This document shows, piece after piece, positions 19,720-29,276 of a stretch of DNA of 64,000 nucleotides. A program made the position numbers and the translations under genes. The stretch is from an uncultured Verrucomicrobiae bacterium (lineage in GTDB: Bacteria > Verrucomicrobiota > Verrucomicrobiia > Chthoniobacterales > JAATET01). The notes below the pieces were generated by a model. That model was given only the letters and a program-made list of their open reading frames with translations. It was not told the DNA's origin and searched no databases. How positions within the stretch are numbered: the stretch's first letter is position 1; the number at the start of each line of letters is the position of its first letter. The DNA lies in assembly GCA_963719495.1 (NCBI GenBank), contig CAVRCI010000011.1:64001-128000 (forward strand), written 5' to 3'.

Positions 19720-19864
19720 TTGGAACAGAAGGTCGCGAAGAGCGCAAAGGTCACAAAGAATACCGATGAGAACGGTCATTCAGTCGGCTCCTGCTGGCGC
19801 AGGTTGCCGAGGTATTCCATTCCTTCCTGGATGCTTTGCGCTCTTCGCGGCCTTCGGTTCAAAA
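19720..19864. repeat. Palindromic repeat family A (TTGAACAGAAG..CGCGAAG..CGCAAAG ... CTTTGCG..CTT.GCG..CTTCTGTTCAAAA)
   Basis: Two-arm copies also at 23188-23303 and 29129-29266; unpaired left arms at ~42318-42348 and ~42399-42430. Confidence 0.9.
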
Positions 19865-19880
19865 CTGGATTTGGATTGAT

Positions 19881-20396
19881 TTACAGTTCGTCTTCGCCGG
19901 GGAGGGGGAGGGCGGTTTCGACGATGGTTGGGCGGAACTCGGGGTGGCGGACTCGACCGCCGGCCTCGGCGATGTAGGCGCCGGCGGTGAGGCAGGTGCC
20001 GGCGGCGAGGAGGGTGATGAAGCCGAGGGGGCCGGCGGATCGGGGCCAGCGGATGGGGACGACGAGGGTGATGAGGGCGATGGCGGCGAGGCCGTAGTAG
20101 GCTCCGGAGTATCGGTCGGCGCGGTCCATGTGCTCGTCGAGCCAGTCGGCGCCCTGGGCGTCGGCGATGGTACGGATGGGGCGGTAGGCGGCTTCGCCGG
20201 CGAGGACGACCGGGTAGATCGAGGCGGCGGTGAGAAGGATGACGACGAGCGCGGGAATCTGCGCGGCTCGCTGGCGCATGAGGAGGGCGATGATCAGCGC
20301 GACGGTGCCGGCGAGGAGACCGATGACCGGGAGGTGATTGAGGAGGACGTGCTGGTAGGCGGGGTCCTGGAGTTGGGTGAGTAGGTCTTCCGGCAC
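19881..20396 (-). CDS. Hypothetical 4-TM membrane protein (DUF2231-like, His-containing)
   Basis: HVLLNHLPVIG, DEH and GGRVRHPE motifs with four hydrophobic helices. Confidence 0.65.
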   Translation of the reverse strand: MPEDLLTQLQDPAYQHVLLNHLPVIGLLAGTVALIIALLMRQRAAQIPALVVILLTAASIYPVVLAGEAAYRPIRTIADAQGADWLDEHMDRADRYSGAYYGLAAIALITLVVPIRWPRSAGPLGFITLLAAGTCLTAGAYIAEAGGRVRHPEFRPTIVETALPLPGEDEL

Positions 20397-20513
20397 GGGG
20401 GTGGTTATCGCGGAATCCGGTGGGTTTTAACAGCAGGGAACTTCGGGTGAGGTCTCCTGACGTCGACCACGACGGTCTCTCCCTCTCAACTCTCAACCAT
20501 AAACACTCAACCC

Positions 20514-21557
20514 TCAAGCCGCTGGCTGCTGCTGCGTGAGGCAGTGGAAGGCTCCGAGGCCCCAGATGAGTTCGCGGCAGTCGATGGGGACGATTCGGCG
20601 GGTTGGGAACGCTTCTTCGAGGACGGCTTTGGCCCAGGCGTCGTTGGTCTCGCCGAAGACGGGGAGGAGGACGGCGGTGTTGGCGATGTAGAAATTCGCG
20701 TAGCTGGCCGGGAGGCGCTGGCCGTCGCGGTGGATGGGCGAGGGCATGGGGAGGACGTGGACTTCGAGCGGGGGGTGGCCGCCGAGGTGGACGCCGTGGA
20801 GGCGGTCGAGGTTCGTTTGGAGGGCGGTGTAGTTCGCGTCGTCCTCGTTCTCCTCGACGACGGTGACGACGCGATTTTCCGCCACGAAGCGGGTGATGTC
20901 GTCGACGTGGCCGTCGGTGTCGTCGCCTTCGATGCCGTCGCCGAGCCAGATGATGTCGCGCACGCCGAGATTGGCGCGGAGGAGCTGCTCGATGTCGGTT
21001 TTCGAGAGGTGCGGATTCCGATTCGGGTTGAGGAGGCAACTTTCGGTGGTGAGGAGGGCACCGTGGCCGTTGACGTCGATGGAGCCGCCTTCGAGCACGA
21101 AGTCGCCGACGTCGAAGACGTCGAGGCCGAGGCGCTGGCCGACCTGCGTGGGGACGTCGTCGTCGTCGTCGAACGGCGGGTATTTGTAGCCCCAGGCGTT
21201 GTAGCCGAAGTCGATGATGGCGAGCCGGGGGGCGTCGGGTTTCTTGATGAAAATCGGACCGTGGTCGCGGCACCAGGGTTCGTTCGTGGGGATGGCGTGG
21301 AATTCGATGCGCTCGGGGGGCGCGCCGTTGAGGAGTCGGCGGACGGTGCGTTCCTGGTCGCCGTCCTTCACGTTGATGCGGACGATTTCGGATTCCGCGA
21401 TGGCGTTCACCATTTTCGCGAAGGTCGGGATGACGCGGTCGTAACAGCCAGGGAAGCTGATGCCGTCGGGGTGGGGCCACGAGATCCAGGTGGCGTCGTG
21501 GGGTTCCCATTCGGCGGGCATCGCGTAGCCGAGGCTGGCGGGGGAGGCGTCGGGCAT
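20514..21557 (-). CDS. aguA: Agmatine deiminase family protein
   Basis: MPAEWEPH, WCRDHGP, LEGGSIDVNG, DDTDGHVD, ASYANFY and GAFHCLTQQQP motifs. Confidence 0.92.
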   Translation of the reverse strand: MPDASPASLGYAMPAEWEPHDATWISWPHPDGISFPGCYDRVIPTFAKMVNAIAESEIVRINVKDGDQERTVRRLLNGAPPERIEFHAIPTNEPWCRDHGPIFIKKPDAPRLAIIDFGYNAWGYKYPPFDDDDDVPTQVGQRLGLDVFDVGDFVLEGGSIDVNGHGALLTTESCLLNPNRNPHLSKTDIEQLLRANLGVRDIIWLGDGIEGDDTDGHVDDITRFVAENRVVTVVEENEDDANYTALQTNLDRLHGVHLGGHPPLEVHVLPMPSPIHRDGQRLPASYANFYIANTAVLLPVFGETNDAWAKAVLEEAFPTRRIVPIDCRELIWGLGAFHCLTQQQPAA

Positions 21558-21657
21558 GAGTGAAATTTTCCCCCGGGGGGTAGGGGGCGACAAGGGGAAA
21601 CTTTTTTGGAAGCAACCGACCGGCCGCCGCGACGAACCCGAACCCCGATGGATCGAA

Positions 21658-21693
21658 TGCAAAACTTCGATGCGGCCGCATCGAAGTTTTGCA
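21658..21693. repeat. Perfect 36-bp palindrome with no loop
   Basis: TGCAAAACTTCGATGCGG|CCGCATCGAAGTTTTGCA. Confidence 0.95.
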
Positions 21694-21829
21694 GGGTGGG
21701 CTTGGGAGGCCGATGCGGCGGGTCTGGGTGGGATCGTTGATTTTTCGTGCCGAGGTGGTTCGGCGGGAGCCTCGCCCTCCGAAAGGTGGCGTTGCGGAGG
21801 TTGGTGGTGTAGTTTTCGCGTCTTCGAAA

Positions 21830-23194
21830 ATGCCCAGCGTCTACATCAAAACTTACGGCTGCCAGATGAACGAGCGGGACTCCGAGCAGGTCGCGCGGAC
21901 GTTCGAGGGGCGGGGGTATCGGCTCTCCGCTGACGAGTCGGACGCGGACGTGATTCTGCTGAATACCTGCAGCGTGCGGGACATGGCGGAGCAGAAGGCC
22001 ATCGGGAAGATGGGGTTTCTGCGGAAGCTGCGGCGGGATCGGCCGCACCTCGTGCTGGGCTATCTGGGGTGCATGGCGCAGAGCCGGGGGGCGGATCTTT
22101 TGGAGAGTTCGCCGCACGTCGATCTGGTGGTGGGGACGCAGAAATTTCACCGGGTGGCGGATCACGTCGACGAGCTGCTGCGGCGGAATTTCGAGGCGCG
22201 GATCGACAACGATCGCCTGCCCATCGTGGACGTCGAGGAGGAGGAGGGGTCGCAGAATACGATTCGGGATCACGCGCTGAAGGACCGGCAGGCGACGGCG
22301 TTCGTTTCGATCATGCAGGGGTGCAACATGCACTGCACGTTCTGCATCGTGCCGTCGACGCGGGGGAGTGAGCGGTCGCGGCCGATCGGCGAGATCGTCG
22401 AGGAGGTGCGCGGGTTGGTCGCGCAGGGGGTGCGGGAGGTGACGTTGCTGGGGCAGATCGTGAACCTTTACGGGCGGCACGAGTTCGCGAAGGTGGACGG
22501 GAAGTGTCCGTTCGTGCAGTTGCTGGAGGCGGTGCACGGGGTGGAGGGGTTGGAGCGGCTGCGGTTCACTTCGCCGCATCCGATTGGGTTTCGGGCGGAT
22601 TTGGTGGACGCGTTTGCGCGGTTGCCGCGGTTGATGGAGCACGTGCATTTGCCGGTGCAGTCGGGGTCGAATCGGTTGCTCAAGGCGATGCACCGGGCCT
22701 ACACGCGTGAGCGGTATCTGGATCTGGTGCGGCAATTGCGGGCGGCGCGGCCGGGGATCGCGGTGACGACGGACGTGATCGTGGGATTCCCGGGGGAGAC
22801 GGAGGCGGATTTTGCGGAGACGTGCGCGCTGGCGCGGGAGGCGGATTTTGATAACGCGTTCATCTTTCGGTATTCGAAACGGAAGGACACGCCGGCGGCG
22901 GAGATGGACGGGCAGGTCGAGGAGGACGTGAAGGAGCGGCGGAATCAGGAGTTGCTCGCGCTGATCAACGCGAACGTGGAGCGGAAACTCGAGGCGTGCG
23001 TGGGGACTCGGATGGAGATTCTGTGCGAGGGGGTGAGTCGGCGGAATGACGACCGGCTGATGGGTCGGACGCGGACGAACAAGATCGTGGTGTTCGAGGG
23101 GGCGGATCGGCACGTCGGGCAGGTAATGGACGTGAACGTGGTGGGTCGGTCGTTGACGACGCTTTATGGAGATCCGGTGGTGAATGATTTTTGA
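21830..23194 (+). CDS. miaB: tRNA-2-methylthio-N6-dimethylallyladenosine synthase MiaB
   Basis: TYGCQMN, NTCSVR, GCMAQ, radical SAM CNMHCTFC, C-terminal TRAM domain. Confidence 0.97.
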   Translation: MPSVYIKTYGCQMNERDSEQVARTFEGRGYRLSADESDADVILLNTCSVRDMAEQKAIGKMGFLRKLRRDRPHLVLGYLGCMAQSRGADLLESSPHVDLVVGTQKFHRVADHVDELLRRNFEARIDNDRLPIVDVEEEEGSQNTIRDHALKDRQATAFVSIMQGCNMHCTFCIVPSTRGSERSRPIGEIVEEVRGLVAQGVREVTLLGQIVNLYGRHEFAKVDGKCPFVQLLEAVHGVEGLERLRFTSPHPIGFRADLVDAFARLPRLMEHVHLPVQSGSNRLLKAMHRAYTRERYLDLVRQLRAARPGIAVTTDVIVGFPGETEADFAETCALAREADFDNAFIFRYSKRKDTPAAEMDGQVEEDVKERRNQELLALINANVERKLEACVGTRMEILCEGVSRRNDDRLMGRTRTNKIVVFEGADRHVGQVMDVNVVGRSLTTLYGDPVVNDF

Positions 23195-23329
23195 ACAGAA
23201 GGTCGCGAAGAGCGCAAAGGGGAGAAAGAAGGGTTCGGCTTCGCCGAATCAAATTCTCTTCCCCTTTGTATTCTTTGCGACCTTTGCGTTCTTCTGTTCA
23301 AAAGCTCCTTCTGTTAAAACGGCGGGCTG

Positions 23330-25825
23330 ATGGCTGAGGATAAGATCACTCCGATGATGCGGCAGTATTTGGCCGTGCGGCGGGATTTGCCGGCTGGGAC
23401 TTTGCTGATGTTTCGGCTGGGGGATTTTTACGAGATGTTCGGGGATGACGCGAAGGAGGCGGCGGCCATCCTCAACGTCGCGCTGACGAAACGGGGGACG
23501 ACGCCGATGTGCGGGGTGCCGTATCATGCGGCGAAGGGTTATATCGAGAAGCTGATCGCGGCGGGGAAGCGGGTGGCGATTTGTGATCAGGTCGGGGAGG
23601 TGCAGGCGGGGAAATTGGTGCGGAGGGAGCTGGCGCAGATTCTGAGCGCGGGGACGTTGGATGACTTTGGGTTGGATGAGCGGAAGCAGAATTACCTGGC
23701 GGCGGTTTGCGAGCGGAAGGGTTGTTACGGGTTGGCTTTCGTGGATCTGAGCACGGGGGAGTTTCGGGTGACGGAGGTGGGTTCGATGGCGCAGCTGCTG
23801 GACGAGCTGGCGAGGATGAGTCCGGCGGAATTGCTGGTGCCGGAGGAACAGGTGGCGACGCTCGCGGCGGCGGGGAAGGCAAATTCGGTGGAGGGTTATA
23901 CTTTCGAGACCGATCCGGCGGAGTCGGCTTTGCTGGAGCACTTCAAGGTTCAGTCGCTGGACGGATTTGGTTGTTCGGGGATGCGGGCTGCGGTGGGGGC
24001 GGCGGGGGCGGTGCTGCATTATCTCACGCGGCAGATGCGGCGGAACGTGTCGCACCTACGGGGGCTGCGGCCTTACCGGTCGGGTGAGTTTTTGGTTTTG
24101 GACGCGGCGACGCAGTCGCACTTGGAGCTGGTGAATTCGCGGGGCGGGCGGGGGATGACTTTGCTCGGGGCGTTGGACGCCACGGTGACGCCGATGGGGG
24201 CGCGGGCGTTGCGAGAGTGGATCCTGCATCCGCTGCGTGAGGTTGGGGCGATTCGGGAGCGGCAGGAGGTGATCGGGACGTGTCTGGAGGACGGGATTGC
24301 GTTGGCGGAATTGCGCGACGTGCTGGGGGGGATTCGGGATTTGGAACGGTCGGCGGCGCGGCTGAGCGGGACGGCGGGGAACGCGCGGGATTTGGCGGCG
24401 GTGGCGACATCGCTCGAGAAGGTGCCGCGGGTGCGGGAGCGGGTGGCGGCACTGGGGGGGGATTTGGTCGGGCGGTTGGTCGCGGAATTGCACGATTTGC
24501 CGGAGCTGACGGCGGAGTTGCGGGTCGGGGTGGCGGACGAGCCGCCGGCTTTGTTGCGCGATGGGGGGATGATTCGGGCGGGTTACGACGCGACGCTCGA
24601 TGAGCTGCGGGACGCGGGGCGGGAGGGGAAGGCTTGGATTGCGCGGCTGCAGGAGCGGGAGATTGAACGGACGGGGATCAAGTCGCTGAAGGTGCGGTTC
24701 AATTCGGTCTTCGGATATTTTATCGAGATCACGAAGGCAAATCTGGCGAATGTGCCGGAGGATTATCATCGCAAGCAGACGACGACGAATTCCGAGCGGT
24801 TCGTTACGCCGGAGTTGAAGGAAATCGAGGGGAAAATTCTGGGGGCGGAGGAGCGGTCGAAGGCGCTGGAGATCGAGATTTTTCAGCGGCTGCGGCGGAT
24901 GGTTACGGACGCGCTGGGGCAGATTCAGGAGACGGCGGCCTCGCTGGGCGCGGTGGACGCGCTGGCTTCGTTGGCGGAAACGGCTCGGGTTTTTGGCTAC
25001 TGCCGACCCGAGGTGACGGACGATGGGGCGCTTGAGATCGAGGAGGGGCGGCACCCGGTATTGGATCAGCGGACGGGGGAGGAGCGGTTCGTGCCGAACG
25101 ACACGTCACTCGACCTGGCGGAGGGGCGGTTTGCAATTTTGACCGGGCCGAACATGGCGGGGAAGTCGACGTATATTCGGCAGGTGGCGCTGCTCGTGCT
25201 CATGGCGCAGGTGGGGAGTTTTGTGCCGGCGGTGAGCGCGCGGGTCGGGGTGACGGACCGGATTTTTACGCGGGTCGGGGCGAACGACGATCTGTCGCGG
25301 GGGCAGTCGACGTTCATGGTCGAGATGAACGAGACGGCGAACATCATCAACAACGCGACGCGGGAGAGTCTGGTGATCCTCGATGAAATCGGGCGGGGGA
25401 CGTCGACGTTCGATGGGTTGTCGATCGCGTGGAGCGTGGCCGAGCATTTGCACGACGAGATTGGGTGTCGGACGCTGTTCGCGACGCATTACCACGAGTT
25501 GACCGATCTGGAGCGGACGCGGGACGGGGTGAAAAATCTCACCGTGTCAGTGCGCGAATGGAACGACGAGGTGATCTTTCTGCGGAAGATCGTGCCGGGG
25601 CGGGCGGATCAGAGTTACGGGATTCAGGTCGGGCGGTTGGCGGGATTGCCGGCGTCGGTGATCGATCGGGCGAAGCAGATTTTGGCGAACCTGGAGGCGA
25701 GTGAGTTGAACGCGGAGGGGAAGCCGTCCATCGCGGTGGGTGGGGTGGCGGGAAAAGGCGGGCGGACGCGGCGGGACATGGCGGCTATCGCGAACTCGGA
25801 TCAGATGGATTTGTTTGCGGGGTAG
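23330..25825 (+). CDS. mutS: DNA mismatch repair protein MutS
   Basis: TPMMRQY, FRLGDFYEMF, TGPNMAGKST, STFMVEM, DEIGRGTST, FATHYHEL. Confidence 0.98.
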   Translation: MAEDKITPMMRQYLAVRRDLPAGTLLMFRLGDFYEMFGDDAKEAAAILNVALTKRGTTPMCGVPYHAAKGYIEKLIAAGKRVAICDQVGEVQAGKLVRRELAQILSAGTLDDFGLDERKQNYLAAVCERKGCYGLAFVDLSTGEFRVTEVGSMAQLLDELARMSPAELLVPEEQVATLAAAGKANSVEGYTFETDPAESALLEHFKVQSLDGFGCSGMRAAVGAAGAVLHYLTRQMRRNVSHLRGLRPYRSGEFLVLDAATQSHLELVNSRGGRGMTLLGALDATVTPMGARALREWILHPLREVGAIRERQEVIGTCLEDGIALAELRDVLGGIRDLERSAARLSGTAGNARDLAAVATSLEKVPRVRERVAALGGDLVGRLVAELHDLPELTAELRVGVADEPPALLRDGGMIRAGYDATLDELRDAGREGKAWIARLQEREIERTGIKSLKVRFNSVFGYFIEITKANLANVPEDYHRKQTTTNSERFVTPELKEIEGKILGAEERSKALEIEIFQRLRRMVTDALGQIQETAASLGAVDALASLAETARVFGYCRPEVTDDGALEIEEGRHPVLDQRTGEERFVPNDTSLDLAEGRFAILTGPNMAGKSTYIRQVALLVLMAQVGSFVPAVSARVGVTDRIFTRVGANDDLSRGQSTFMVEMNETANIINNATRESLVILDEIGRGTSTFDGLSIAWSVAEHLHDEIGCRTLFATHYHELTDLERTRDGVKNLTVSVREWNDEVIFLRKIVPGRADQSYGIQVGRLAGLPASVIDRAKQILANLEASELNAEGKPSIAVGGVAGKGGRTRRDMAAIANSDQMDLFAG

Positions 25826-25909
25826 GTCGGCTCTCTCGCTTCGCTCGATTTGCCGGGTTGCCGCGGCGGGACGCCGCAGCTCGCACGCGGGGACGCGTGC
25901 GCTCCCCAT

Positions 25910-26491
25910 TCAGCTCGATGCGGTGGCGAAGGAGACGTCTTCGTAGATGCGGGCGACGGGGAGGCGGTAGTCGATCTTCGCGAGGTCGAAGACGTCGTCG
26001 AGCGATTCGTGAAAGTCGGATTTCCAGCCATCGGGGGTGCGGCGGCTGACTTCGACGTGCACCCTGGCTTGCTCGACGAGGACGTAGGTCTCAGAGGTCG
26101 GGATGTGATCGTAGGCGAGGAATTTTTCGCGGCGATCGATCCGGTCGGTGCTGGGCGATAGCACTTCGACGATGATCGACGGGTGCTCCTTGTAATAGGG
26201 TGAGGTCTCGCCGTGCTGGCAGGCAACGAAGACGTCGGGATAGTAGAAGTAAACGTCATCGCGAATCTGGACGCGGACCTTCATGTCGTTGATGTAGGCG
26301 CGGCACGGGCTGCCGCGGAGGTGCTGGCGGAAGAGAGTGGCGATGTTCAAGGCGATGACGTTGTGCGCGTCGCTGGCGCCGCCCATTGCGTAGATGTCGC
26401 CGCCGAGGTATTCGTGGCGGACGTCGGTGAGGAGTTCGCCTTCGAGGTATTCCTCGGGCGTGACGGTGATCTCGCTGACGGCTGATCCCAT
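25910..26491 (-). CDS. Uma2 family (DUF820) endonuclease-like protein
   Basis: RHEYLGG, AMGGASDAHN, YYPDVFVAC and IIVEVLSPST motifs. Confidence 0.9.
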   Translation of the reverse strand: MGSAVSEITVTPEEYLEGELLTDVRHEYLGGDIYAMGGASDAHNVIALNIATLFRQHLRGSPCRAYINDMKVRVQIRDDVYFYYPDVFVACQHGETSPYYKEHPSIIVEVLSPSTDRIDRREKFLAYDHIPTSETYVLVEQARVHVEVSRRTPDGWKSDFHESLDDVFDLAKIDYRLPVARIYEDVSFATASS

Positions 26492-26531
26492 GGTGAAGGG
26501 TTTATCAGCCGGAACGTGCGGTGTCACGCGC

Positions 26532-29030
26532 TCAGCCTCGGAGGCGGGTCTGGAGAGCCTCGCCGACTAGGGTGAGGAGGAAGGCGATGAGGAGGTAGGT
26601 CTGGAGGTCCTGGTAGGCTTCGCGGCGGGGGGCTTCCCAGACTTTGCTGAGGTCGACTCGTTCGGTTCCTCCGCTTCGCGCGGAGGCGGTGGTGAGTTCG
26701 GTTCTTCTTTCCGGATCGAAGCGCCATTCGGGGTCGATGCCGGCTGAGATGGGTCCGAAGGGGAGGGTGTGGTCGCCGGCACGGATGGCTCCCCGCGTCG
26801 ATTGGCCGGGGGTGAGGGGGAGGTTGGCCTGGTAGTGGCCGGGTTCGAGGCGTTCCCAGGTGATGGTGCGCGGGGTGGAGTCGGGGCCGTCGGCGGCGAG
26901 GATTTCGGGAGCGTTTTGGGCGAAGCGTTCCTGCCAGGTGTCGTCGAAGCGGAGGTCGAGGCGGAGGATCGTGCCGTCGACTTCGGTGCGGAGGCCGAGA
27001 CCGGGGGGGAGGGCGTCGCCGAGGAGCCAGCGGGCGAGGGTCTGGAGGAAGTCGCCGTATTGCGGCCAGGCGCGGACGCGGGCGGAATCGGGTCCGCCGA
27101 GGGGGAAGCTGATGGCGGCGGCGCGGCCGGCTCCGCGTTGCCAGAAGGCGACGAGGGGGGCGGTGTATTCGTCCTGGGTGAAGGCGGCGGAGGTGGCGTC
27201 GGGTCGGAGGTAACTGAGGTTGTAGCCGTCGACGGTGGCGGGCCAGTCGAGGGGGCGGGCGGCGAGTTCGAGCCAGCCGACGGTGGGGTTGACGCCGGTG
27301 GGTTCGTCGATGAAGGCGGAGCGGGCGACGGCGACGGTTTCCTGTTCGAACAGGGCCGGGAGGGTGGCGGGATCGGCGTTGAAGAAGATGCGGCCGCCGC
27401 CGCGCTTGGCGACGTCTTGCAGAAAGGTCGCATCGGTGTCGGTGTCGGCTCCGAGGCCGATGACACTGACGGTGGTGGCACCGGCTTTCATCTCGGTGAT
27501 GAGGTTGACGTAGTCGCCGGGCTGCTCGGAGTCGGCGGCGTCGGCGAAGAGGATGACGTGGCGCTGACCGGCTTCGGCCTTCTCGAGTTGTTCCCAGGCG
27601 GCGGCGAGGCCGTTGAAGACGTAGATGCCGCCGCCGCCGGATTGGATGCGGCGGACGGTGTCGACGAGTTCGCGGCGGTTTTCGCCGAGGCCGGTGAGGG
27701 GGACGACGACGTGGGCTTCGCTGTCGACGGGGAGGACGGTGACGGCGTCGGCGGGGCCGAGGAGTTCGATGGCGCGGGCGGCTCCTTCGTTGGCGAGGTC
27801 CATTTTGCTGACTCCGGGGCTGACGCCCGCGCCCATGCTGCCGGAGCGGTCCATGACGATGGCGAGGGCGACGGCGAGCTTGCGGTGCTCGGTGCGGAGT
27901 TCCATCGAGACGGGGAGGAGCGAGTCGATGGGGGATTTGAAGTAGCCGCCGGAGCCGAAGCTGGCGCGGCCGCCGACCATGACGAGGCCGCCGGCCTGGG
28001 TGCGGACGTAGAAGTCGAGGGCGGCGAGGAAGTCGGGTGGGAGGTCGGAGGCGGGGACGTTGTTGAGGATGACGGCTCGGGCTCCGGCGAGTCGTCCGAC
28101 GTCGAGGCGGCGAGGGTCGGTGACGATTTCGACGGGGAAGCCTTGGGCGGCGAGGACGGCGGCGGCGGGGTCGTTTTCGTAGTTGGTGACAAGGAGGAGG
28201 CGGGGGCCGACGGTGATTTCGGTCCAACTCTCGGCGACGTTGTTGCCGGTGATGGCGTCGTCGGGGGCGGCGAGGCGGACTTCGTAGCGGTGGGCTCCGG
28301 GGGTGGCGAGGCGGTCGGTGAAGCGGACGCGGGCCTGGCCTTCGGCGAGGGTGGCGGTGTCGGAGGTGATGATGTCGCCGTCGCGGAGGATCGTGAACGG
28401 GACGGGACCGACGGGGCGACCGGCAACGGCGAGGTCGATGAGGAAGGCTTCGCCGGGTTGGGCGCGGGTGGGGGTGGTGAAGCTTTCGACGCCGACGTCG
28501 CTGGCGTCGGGGGCGGTGAGCCAGCGGGTGTCGAGGGGGACTTGCTGGCGGGCGAGGATCTCGCCGATGTCGTCGAGGGGTTCGGTGCTGAAGCCGTCGG
28601 TGAGGGTGAGGATGCGGGCGGCGCGGTCGGGGGCTTGGCGGGAGAGGGCGTAGCGAATGGCGAGGGGAAGGGCGGTGGCGTCGAGGCTGCCGACGGCGGT
28701 GGCGGTGCCGACGTCGCGCTCGATGGGGGATTCGGCGAAGTCGACGATGCGGAGGCGGTCGTTGGGGCCGCGGGAGCGTTTGAGGAGGGTTTCCCACTCG
28801 GGGAGTTGGCGGGCGATGGTGTCGGCGGCGGAGGCGGAGCGGTCGACGAGGAGGAAGAGGTCGAGGCCGTCGGCGAGGCGGCGGATCTCGGGGCGGACGA
28901 GGAGGAGAACGAGAAGAACGAGGGCGGTGGCGCGGAGGGGGCGGGCGAGGTCGAGGCGGCGGAAGGCGAATCCAGCGACGACGAGGAGGGGGATGAGGAT
29001 GAGCCACTCGGGGTGGGTAATGCGGAGCAT
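26532..29030 (-). CDS. Membrane-anchored vWA domain protein (two vWA-like domains plus glutamine-amidotransferase-like domain)
   Basis: DRSAS and DRSGSM MIDAS-like motifs, LTDG, GGLVMVGG..SFG.GGY, N- and C-terminal TM segments. Confidence 0.85.
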   Translation of the reverse strand: MLRITHPEWLILIPLLVVAGFAFRRLDLARPLRATALVLLVLLLVRPEIRRLADGLDLFLLVDRSASAADTIARQLPEWETLLKRSRGPNDRLRIVDFAESPIERDVGTATAVGSLDATALPLAIRYALSRQAPDRAARILTLTDGFSTEPLDDIGEILARQQVPLDTRWLTAPDASDVGVESFTTPTRAQPGEAFLIDLAVAGRPVGPVPFTILRDGDIITSDTATLAEGQARVRFTDRLATPGAHRYEVRLAAPDDAITGNNVAESWTEITVGPRLLLVTNYENDPAAAVLAAQGFPVEIVTDPRRLDVGRLAGARAVILNNVPASDLPPDFLAALDFYVRTQAGGLVMVGGRASFGSGGYFKSPIDSLLPVSMELRTEHRKLAVALAIVMDRSGSMGAGVSPGVSKMDLANEGAARAIELLGPADAVTVLPVDSEAHVVVPLTGLGENRRELVDTVRRIQSGGGGIYVFNGLAAAWEQLEKAEAGQRHVILFADAADSEQPGDYVNLITEMKAGATTVSVIGLGADTDTDATFLQDVAKRGGGRIFFNADPATLPALFEQETVAVARSAFIDEPTGVNPTVGWLELAARPLDWPATVDGYNLSYLRPDATSAAFTQDEYTAPLVAFWQRGAGRAAAISFPLGGPDSARVRAWPQYGDFLQTLARWLLGDALPPGLGLRTEVDGTILRLDLRFDDTWQERFAQNAPEILAADGPDSTPRTITWERLEPGHYQANLPLTPGQSTRGAIRAGDHTLPFGPISAGIDPEWRFDPERRTELTTASARSGGTERVDLSKVWEAPRREAYQDLQTYLLIAFLLTLVGEALQTRLRG

Positions 29031-29276
29031 CGTGATTGGTGACTAGTGAATGGTAATTGGTGGGTGGCTGGACGGGGTTCGGCTTGGGATCGTGGGTCTG
29101 AGGGCGGGACTCGGGAATACGAATACGGTTTGAACAGAAGATCGCGAAGGTCGCAAAGGGGTGAAAGAAGGTGACGGCTCGTGGGCGCTTTGCCGGGTGG
29201 CTTCAGGTCGGAAGCTCAATTGTTCTTTCCGTATTCTTTGCGCTCTTTGCGACCTTCTGTTCAAAAAACACACCTC

